Shown here: positions 57,597 to 64,000 of the stretch, one piece after another
Layout of the letters: every line of letters begins with the position of its first letter
Numbering within the stretch: the stretch's first letter is position 1
Source: Clostridia bacterium
GTDB taxonomy: Bacteria > Bacillota > Clostridia > JAAYHZ01
Direction of reading: 5' to 3'
Assembly: GCA_050950825.1 (NCBI GenBank)
Contig: JBMNIH010000004.1
Coordinates: 256,001-320,000, forward strand
Length of the DNA: 64,000 nt
Notes under the pieces: generated by a model
The model's input: the letters and a program-made list of their open reading frames with translations, nothing else
Databases searched by the model: none
What the model was told of the DNA's origin: nothing
Translations under genes and position numbers: made by a program

Positions 57597-58430
57597 ATGA
57601 GCAAAGCGGATCGAATCTTCATTGATATGTGTCAAGATATTTTAGAAAACGGGTACAGCTCCATAGGGGAGAAGGTGCGCCCCGTATGGACGGACACCGG
57701 GGAGCCGGCCCATACCCTAAAAAAGTTCGGCGTTGTGAATCGCTATGATTTATCCGAAGAATTCCCGATTCTGACTTTACGTCCTACTCGATTGGACAAG
57801 GCCGTAGACGAGCTTCTGTGGATCTGGCAGAAAAAATCCAATAACGTGAAGGATTTAAACAGCCGGATATGGGATGCGTGGGCGGATGAAAACGGATCCA
57901 TCGGAAAAGCATACGGATACCAATTGGGTATCAAGCACAAGTACAAGGAAGGGGAATTCGACCAAGTGGACCGGGTTCTTTACGATTTGAAGCACAATAA
58001 ATACAGCAGAAGAATCATTGTAAACATGTACAATCATGCGGACCTTCATGAAATGAACCTTTATCCTTGCGCATACTCCGTCACCTTTAACGTGACGGGA
58101 AATCGCTTAAACGCCATTTTGAACCAGCGGTCGCAAGACATCTTGGTAGCGAACAACTGGAATGTATGCCAGTATGCCGTATTGGTCCACATGTTCGCCC
58201 AAGTCAGCGATCTTGAGCCGGGAGAATTGGTTCATGTAATTGCCGATGCCCATATTTACGATCGGCATATCCCCATCATCGAAGAATTGATCAAGCGTCC
58301 CGTTTACGATGCGCCTCGGTTTGAGATCAACAAGGATATCAAGGATTTTTATCAATTCAAGCCGGAGGATTTTAAATTGATTGACTACAAAGCCGGTGTT
58401 CAAATTAAAAACATTCCGGTAGCGGTATAG
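57597..58430 (+). CDS. thyA: Thymidylate synthase
   Basis: ELLW, YGYQ, SRR, LYPC, QRSQD, N..QY, DAHIY. Confidence 0.96.
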   Translation: MSKADRIFIDMCQDILENGYSSIGEKVRPVWTDTGEPAHTLKKFGVVNRYDLSEEFPILTLRPTRLDKAVDELLWIWQKKSNNVKDLNSRIWDAWADENGSIGKAYGYQLGIKHKYKEGEFDQVDRVLYDLKHNKYSRRIIVNMYNHADLHEMNLYPCAYSVTFNVTGNRLNAILNQRSQDILVANNWNVCQYAVLVHMFAQVSDLEPGELVHVIADAHIYDRHIPIIEELIKRPVYDAPRFEINKDIKDFYQFKPEDFKLIDYKAGVQIKNIPVAV

Positions 58431-58446
58431 GCAAAGGAGGTATGAA

Positions 58447-60969
58447 ATGGGCGACCTTTTTGTAACAAGCGATCGGAAGGCATTGGACTACCCTTATTTC
58501 CCCGATAAATTCATCGCCGTCATATGGCGAAATTGGGAAACGGTGCCCGTTGAAAACATTGCCAAGGCCTTGGATACTACGGTTGGTAATATCGTGGAAA
58601 CGGCAGGTCTCATGGGATTGGATACCAAGGCTTCTCCGAATCCTTCTTTTTTGAAAAGAGGGTATCTTACCGTCATTCGCAGGAACTGGCACCTTTTGGA
58701 TTACGATCAAATCTGCACCCTTTTGGATATAACAAAAGACGAATTGTTTTTTATTTTAAAAGAAGACGATTTTATGTGGCATAAAATGGGCAACATGAAA
58801 CCGAATACCGGTCATACGGTTTATCGGCCGCTGACGGAAGAAGAAAAGGTAATTTTACGAAAAAACGCATACGTATTGGCCGAAATTCACGGGGAGCGGT
58901 ATAAGGAAAATGCGTTTTCCTTTTTAGAGCCCTATTACGCCTATGACATGACTCCCATTGAAAAAGGCGACGGGAAGGGATTTGAAATTGTTTTGCCGGA
59001 TACCGTCGGATATATTTACCCCGAAGACAATCCTTGGATCGACCTTTATGTGAAGGACTTTTGCCGCTTGATGGAAAAGAGAATGGGAATCAAGGCGAAG
59101 CTTCACGAAAGTGCAGACTTTACCGTACATATTGCAATAAAGGACTTCGCTTCAAAAAAGAGCGGAAGTTATCGAATGGATATTTCCTCGTCCTCGATAC
59201 GAATCGAGTGCAAGGATGAAAAAGCCGTTTATCGGGCATTATTGGAGCTTGACAAGAAATTTCGTTCCGGTAAGGGGCCTTACCTTCATCCGGAAACAAT
59301 CGAAAAGAATACGGTATTTGATATTCGGTACATCTATTCCTACTTCGCCCTCTACGGCGATGCTCTTTTAGATCCTTCGTTGGATCCTTACCCGGAAGGA
59401 CTTTTGCGAAGGCTTTCCGAATGCGGTGTAAACGGCATATGGATGCAGGGTATTTTGTATCAATTGACGCCTTTTCCCTTTGAGCCTTCTCTTTCAAAGG
59501 GCTATGAAAAAAGAAGGGAATCCCTAAAGCGCTTGGTGGAAAAGGCGAAGCGGTTCGGCATCGACATTTATATGTACTTTAACGAACCGAGAGCCATGAG
59601 CGATGCTTTTTACCGAAAATATCCCGAGCTGCGGGGAACGAGAGAAGGAGACTTTTATGCCCTTTGTACCTCCGATGACAGGGTAAAAGAATATTTGTAT
59701 AGCGGAATGAAGGATCTTTTTTCCGATATTCCGGATTTGGCCGGGTTCTTTACCATAACCATGTCGGAAAATCTGACCAACTGTTATTCTCGTTTGGGAC
59801 GGCGTGAGCAAGAATGTCCCCGCTGCAAGCTAAGAAAACCGGAAGAGGTTGTTGCGGAAGTAAACAATTTAATGGCGCGGGGCGCCAAAGCGGGAAATCC
59901 CGATGCAAAAGCCATAGCATGGACTTGGGGATGGAACCCTTCTTGGACGGAAAACGTCATTCGGTCGTTGGATGAAGGCATTATGCTGATGTGCGTCAAT
60001 GAAGAGGGAATGGAATTGGATATCGCAGGGTATCATCCGGTCGTTATCGACTATACCATGACGGTACCGGGTCCTTCCCAAAGAGCGATAAACAATTGGA
60101 CGATCGCCAAGCAAACCGGCAGAAAAACGCTGTCAAAGGTACAGCTGAACTGTACGTGGGAGCTTTCCGCACTGCCCTTTTTACCTTTAGCCCAAATATG
60201 CGATGAAAGAATTCGAAACATCAAAAAACAAGGCGTGGAAGGCTTGATGCTCAGTTGGACATTAGGCGGATGCGACTCCCAAAACCTTGATATCGCCTCT
60301 CTTTATTACGAGGAACCGACGGAAGAAAATCCTTTGGAAAGGTATATGGAAAAAACTTACGAGAATACCGCCCAAAGAGTGATGAAAGCACAAGAAATCT
60401 TTAGCGAAGCCATGAGGATGTTTCCTTTCCATTTAACCGTTTTGTACACCGCTCCGCAGAATTATGCACCGGCGGCGCCTTTTTATGAATACAAAACCGG
60501 ATATACCGCCAGTATGATCGGTTTTCCTCATGACGATTTACAAACATGGAAAGCCATCTACAGTGAAGAGGATTTTCAAAAGCAATTTCATAAGCTGGTA
60601 TCGAAATGGAAAGAGGGAGTGAATCTTTTGGAAGAGGCAACGGAAGTTCGCAACTCCAAGTTCGCCGAGCTGCTGCGTATGGCCAAAGGCGCTTATTACC
60701 ATTTCAAAAGCACTTTGAATCATATTCGGTTTGTTATGGAGAGAAATAAATTGCTTTCGGATACCTTAACAATGGAAGAACAGATCCAAGCGAAAAAGAC
60801 GATTCGGTCGATTTTAGATGACGAAACCGAAACGGTTTTGAATGTATTAAAAATCCGTTCGGAGGATTCGAGAATCGGGTTTGAAGCAAGCAACCACTAC
60901 TTCTATACGGTACAGGATTTGAAAGAAAAAATCATCAATTTGCACTACTTGAAAGAATATTATGCATAA
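58447..60969 (+). CDS. Uncharacterised putative glycoside hydrolase (GH20-like domain + TIM barrel)
   Basis: Y.M.I....I.I......A.YRAL hexosaminidase-like segment; GVNGIW, YFNEP, SENLTNC, W.WGW. Confidence 0.55.
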   Translation: MGDLFVTSDRKALDYPYFPDKFIAVIWRNWETVPVENIAKALDTTVGNIVETAGLMGLDTKASPNPSFLKRGYLTVIRRNWHLLDYDQICTLLDITKDELFFILKEDDFMWHKMGNMKPNTGHTVYRPLTEEEKVILRKNAYVLAEIHGERYKENAFSFLEPYYAYDMTPIEKGDGKGFEIVLPDTVGYIYPEDNPWIDLYVKDFCRLMEKRMGIKAKLHESADFTVHIAIKDFASKKSGSYRMDISSSSIRIECKDEKAVYRALLELDKKFRSGKGPYLHPETIEKNTVFDIRYIYSYFALYGDALLDPSLDPYPEGLLRRLSECGVNGIWMQGILYQLTPFPFEPSLSKGYEKRRESLKRLVEKAKRFGIDIYMYFNEPRAMSDAFYRKYPELRGTREGDFYALCTSDDRVKEYLYSGMKDLFSDIPDLAGFFTITMSENLTNCYSRLGRREQECPRCKLRKPEEVVAEVNNLMARGAKAGNPDAKAIAWTWGWNPSWTENVIRSLDEGIMLMCVNEEGMELDIAGYHPVVIDYTMTVPGPSQRAINNWTIAKQTGRKTLSKVQLNCTWELSALPFLPLAQICDERIRNIKKQGVEGLMLSWTLGGCDSQNLDIASLYYEEPTEENPLERYMEKTYENTAQRVMKAQEIFSEAMRMFPFHLTVLYTAPQNYAPAAPFYEYKTGYTASMIGFPHDDLQTWKAIYSEEDFQKQFHKLVSKWKEGVNLLEEATEVRNSKFAELLRMAKGAYYHFKSTLNHIRFVMERNKLLSDTLTMEEQIQAKKTIRSILDDETETVLNVLKIRSEDSRIGFEASNHYFYTVQDLKEKIINLHYLKEYYA

Positions 60970-60974
60970 CGGAT

Positions 60975-61004
60975 AAAAGGACACAAGACTTAGTCTTGTG
61001 TCCT
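60975..61004. terminator. Intrinsic terminator (U-tract on the minus strand)
   Basis: AAAAGGACACAAGAC-TTA-GTCTTGTGTCCT. Confidence 0.8.
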
Positions 61005-61200
61005 ATATGATCATCGATGATATGGAGTCAAGCGCCTAAAAAATGTTAAAACATTCTTCTTCTGCAACGGTGCAGTATTCGGTTATCCGCAAGATCTGTC
61101 AAACATTCGAGATGCTTGCAGGTTTTCCGGCCGTATCACTACAACCTGAATGCCCGTATTTCCATACAGACACTTGCATCAATCGAATCGGCTCGATAAC
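60975..61200 (-). ncRNA. Candidate structured ncRNA, unassigned
   Basis: Multibranch fold with a GGAA tetraloop and G-U pairs that work only on the minus strand; own terminator; no convincing ORF. Confidence 0.55.
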
Positions 61201-61262
61201 GGTTCTAATTATTGATTAGCCTTTTATCGTTGACTGTATCACCGATGTACACTTTTATTATG

Positions 61263-61319
61263 TGTCGAATTTTCGATATTATTCATTGTCGAAACAAAAA
61301 AAGATTGTTTTATTTGACA
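61263..61319. promoter_or_regulatory. Spo0A-box cluster
   Basis: TGTCGAA at 61263 and 61287; one-mismatch inverted copies at 61272 and 61313. Confidence 0.6.
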
Positions 61320-61377
61320 TAATCGAAGAAGACATAAAAAAAGACCGGTTAATAATTTTCGATACCGGTCTTCTTTT

Positions 61378-61454
61378 TGGTGCGCCCAAAGGGATTCGAA
61401 CCCCCGACCCAAGGTTTAGGAAACCTTTGCTCTATCCTTCTGAGCTATGAGCGC
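61378..61454 (-). tRNA. tRNA-Arg (anticodon CCT)
   Basis: GCGCTCATAGCTCAGAAGGATAGAGC-AAAGGT-TTCCTAA-ACCTT...GTTCGAATCC...CCA cloverleaf. Confidence 0.96.
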
Positions 61455-61597
61455 ATATCAAGGACAGAAGTAATATTACTATGAAAAGACCTTTTTGTCA
61501 AATGTTTATGGCACGATATAACAAAGAGGTAGGGTATGGAAAGTAACAAAAAAGGCATCATGCCCATAGGACATCATGCCTTTTGTATTCCGATTTT

Positions 61598-62299
61598 TTA
61601 CATCCAAAAATCCTCATATTCGTTGTACATCGGCATCTTAATCTTGTTTTCACGAGGTTCGAATGCAGGACGATTTGACGGTTTGGTATAAGGGTCAATT
61701 TTCTTTGTTCCCTTTTTATTTAAGTTCACGGTTAATCTTCCGTTAATGTATACTTCGCAAATGTAATCGCCGTTCTCGTTATATACTTCTTCTACATCGT
61801 TGTCTTTTACGACCAACCCGGCAAATTCCCCGGAATATTTCCAAAGCTCGTCCCTGTCGATGTATCCGAAGCATTTCCCGGACCAGTTCCAAACCCAGTT
61901 CAGGTTTTCATACTGGGTTGTATATATTGCATAACCCGATATATCTTTTGCGATGAAAGGATATACGGCGATTGCCAGTTGAATTAATAGCAGCAGGGCT
62001 ATAATCACGATTTGTGCCGTTACAAGCTGCGAATTGATTGCAATTAACAAAGCAACGTTTATTCCGACGGTAATAACGAACATGGAACCGATTAAAAACC
62101 TTGCAAAGCTTTTGCCATTGTACATTAAAGCTAAAGCCAACAATTCAACGATAGCTCGGCCTATCATCGCCAACCAAGCGATATCCGTCAGCCTTTTTGA
62201 ATACAATGCCAAAGCAAATGTTATGATTTCGAAAATAAATGTAAAGTATGCAATAAGAGCAATACTCCGCTTTCCTTTTATAACGGAAGCTTTTTGCAT
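61598..62299 (-). CDS. Membrane protein with C-terminal beta-repeat domain
   Basis: Four TM helices, then W.WSG.CFGY / W.YSG.FAG / YNENG.YICE repeats; AGGAGG RBS. Confidence 0.7.
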   Translation of the reverse strand: MQKASVIKGKRSIALIAYFTFIFEIITFALALYSKRLTDIAWLAMIGRAIVELLALALMYNGKSFARFLIGSMFVITVGINVALLIAINSQLVTAQIVIIALLLLIQLAIAVYPFIAKDISGYAIYTTQYENLNWVWNWSGKCFGYIDRDELWKYSGEFAGLVVKDNDVEEVYNENGDYICEVYINGRLTVNLNKKGTKKIDPYTKPSNRPAFEPRENKIKMPMYNEYEDFWM

Positions 62300-62437
62300 T
62301 TCGTGTGAACCTCCTTTAGGCGTCTCCTGTTTTCCGTATAAGTTCTATGCCATAACTCATTATACCGGAAATCCGAAGGATTTAAGATATGAAAAGTAAA
62401 CAAATTGTTAATATTTTGGTTTTCGGTCATGAAAAAT

Positions 62438-62510
62438 AAAAAAAGAGGTTAGCCTTTATAAAAGGACTAACCGTGTAAAGGGGGTCAAAATGTATTTTGT
62501 GAGGTCATTC
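62438..62510 (-). ncRNA. Candidate forespore small RNA
   Basis: sigF-like promoter (GAATA...GGTAAGAATA, 62541-62513), CU-rich GACCCCCTTT segment, terminator GGTTAGTCCTT/AAGGCTAACC + T-run. Confidence 0.45.
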
Positions 62511-62772
62511 GATATTCTTACCCGTGTTTCATTTTTTATTCATTTTTTTAAAAAATTTTTGCAATTTTTTTGATGATATAAAGCAAGAAATGCAATAATA
62601 CTAGCAATAAGAAGGTGGAAAAACCTTGACTTTTATTATATAATCAATAGGAAGATTGTACCGATTTATGTCATCCGGTATGATGGTATAAAAATGCGAT
62701 TCCAATAGCCAATCAAGCGGAATGACTGAAAATGAATATGAAAAAAAAAGAAATATAATGGAGGTATACTAC

Positions 62773-64000
62773 ATGGGTTGCTGTGATTGCAAGTGTTGTA
62801 AAGCGGATATCGGCCTGATCGGTTTGGCCGTCATGGGTGAAAATTTGGTATTGAATATGGAAAGCAAAGGCTTTACCGTAGCCGTATATAACAGGACAGT
62901 ATCAAAGGTAGACAGCTTTGTAGAAGGAAGAGGCAAGGATAAGAATATTATCGGAACGCACTCAATCGAAGAATTGGTAGCTTCTTTGAAAAAACCGAGA
63001 AAAATTATGCTGATGGTGAAAGCCGGCAAACCTGTAGATGATTTTATCGATCTGTTAATTCCTCATTTAGACCAAGGCGATATCATTATCGACGGCGGAA
63101 ACTCTCATTTCCCCGATACCATCAGAAGAACAAAGTATTTGGAAGAAAAAGGCTTACTGTATATCGGAACCGGAGTTTCCGGCGGTGAAGAAGGCGCATT
63201 AACCGGACCGAGCATCATGCCCGGCGGATCTCCCGCAGCTTGGGAACACGTAAAACCGATTTTCCAAGCCATCGCCGCTAAAGTTGAGGACGGAAGTCCT
63301 TGTTGCGATTGGGTCGGAGAAGACGGTGCCGGCCACTTCGTTAAAATGGTTCACAACGGAATCGAATACGGCGATATGCAGTTGATCTGCGAAGCTTACG
63401 ATTTGATGAAATCCTTGTTAGGCATGAGTGCAGATGAAATGCACGAAGTGTTTAAAGAATGGAACGAAGGCGAGCTGAACAGCTATTTGATCGAAATTAC
63501 CCGTGACATTCTCGGATTCAAGGACGAAGACGGACAACCTTTGGTAGAAAAGATTCTGGATACCGCAGGACAAAAAGGTACCGGTAAATGGACCGCTATC
63601 GCCGCGTTGGACGAAGGTATTCCCTTGACCATGATCGGCGAAGCCGTATTTGCACGTTGCTTGTCCGCAATGAAGGACGAACGTGTTGCGGCGTCCAAGG
63701 TGCTGACGGGACCGAAGCCCGTATTTGAAGGCGACAAGAAGGCCTTTATCGAAGACATCCGTAAAGCTTTGTATGCATCGAAGATTATTTCCTACGCACA
63801 AGGCTACACCTTAATGGCGGCTGCCGCAAAGACCTACGGCTGGAACCTGAACTACGGCGGAATCGCTTTGATGTGGAGAGGCGGATGCATCATTCGTTCG
63901 GTATTCTTAGGCAAGATTAAGGAAGCATTCGACAAGAATCCGAGCTTAACCAACTTGTTACTGGATCCCTTCTTTAAAGAAAAGGTATTGGCGGCACAAG
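62773..64000 (+). CDS. gnd: 6-phosphogluconate dehydrogenase, decarboxylating (runs off the window)
   Basis: [50 protein letters not shown]; GGAGG RBS. Confidence 0.96.
   Translation, partial: MGCCDCKCCKADIGLIGLAVMGENLVLNMESKGFTVAVYNRTVSKVDSFVEGRGKDKNIIGTHSIEELVASLKKPRKIMLMVKAGKPVDDFIDLLIPHLDQGDIIIDGGNSHFPDTIRRTKYLEEKGLLYIGTGVSGGEEGALTGPSIMPGGSPAAWEHVKPIFQAIAAKVEDGSPCCDWVGEDGAGHFVKMVHNGIEYGDMQLICEAYDLMKSLLGMSADEMHEVFKEWNEGELNSYLIEITRDILGFKDEDGQPLVEKILDTAGQKGTGKWTAIAALDEGIPLTMIGEAVFARCLSAMKDERVAASKVLTGPKPVFEGDKKAFIEDIRKALYASKIISYAQGYTLMAAAAKTYGWNLNYGGIALMWRGGCIIRSVFLGKIKEAFDKNPSLTNLLLDPFFKEKVLAAQ

Noticed and set aside
60975-61200. 6S RNA, raiA motif or glmS ribozyme identity for the structured RNA
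   Set aside because: No two-sided central bubble and none of the conserved sequence blocks I recall for those families; left unassigned.
61262-61450. 62-aa plus-strand ORF
   Set aside because: Antisense to tRNA-Arg and its terminator.
61378-61454. tRNA-Arg as the island integration site
   Set aside because: No duplicated tRNA 3' end noticed, and thyA lies between the tRNA and the island.

Overview
64-kb chromosomal window from an endospore-forming Clostridia-like bacterium (spoIIA/sigF/spoVA, whiA, rqcH, comEA). It starts at the end of an rRNA operon (23S 3' end, 5S) and continues through mostly housekeeping genes: hup, two-subunit fumarase, icd, purO/E/M/N/D, nadD-yqeK-rsfS-leuS, GH2 beta-galactosidase, thyA, tRNA-Arg(CCU), gnd. 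Three accessory insertions interrupt it: (i) a tyrosine-recombinase + IS91-type HUH transposase element (~9.5-11.9 kb) with inverted dif-like ends, apparently inserted into an attC-like hairpin; (ii) a decayed IS1182 (14.9-16.7 kb); (iii) a ~14-kb mosaic island (42.26-56.27 kb) carrying an addA fragment, AraC, a lipoprotein, a frameshifted ~3,100-aa FN3/Ig/beta-rich surface protein, an orphan T-box and a dead large serine recombinase. The most unusual signals are a repeated CTGG/CCAG->CCGG substitution that breaks conserved motifs in the island's relaxed genes (suggesting a Vsr/C5-methylase mutational drive), the end structure of the Int-IS91 element, and two unannotated sporulation-linked ncRNA candidates near 61.0-61.2 kb and 62.4-62.5 kb. 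No CRISPR array was seen. All calls come from reading the sequence; no searches or folding programs were run.
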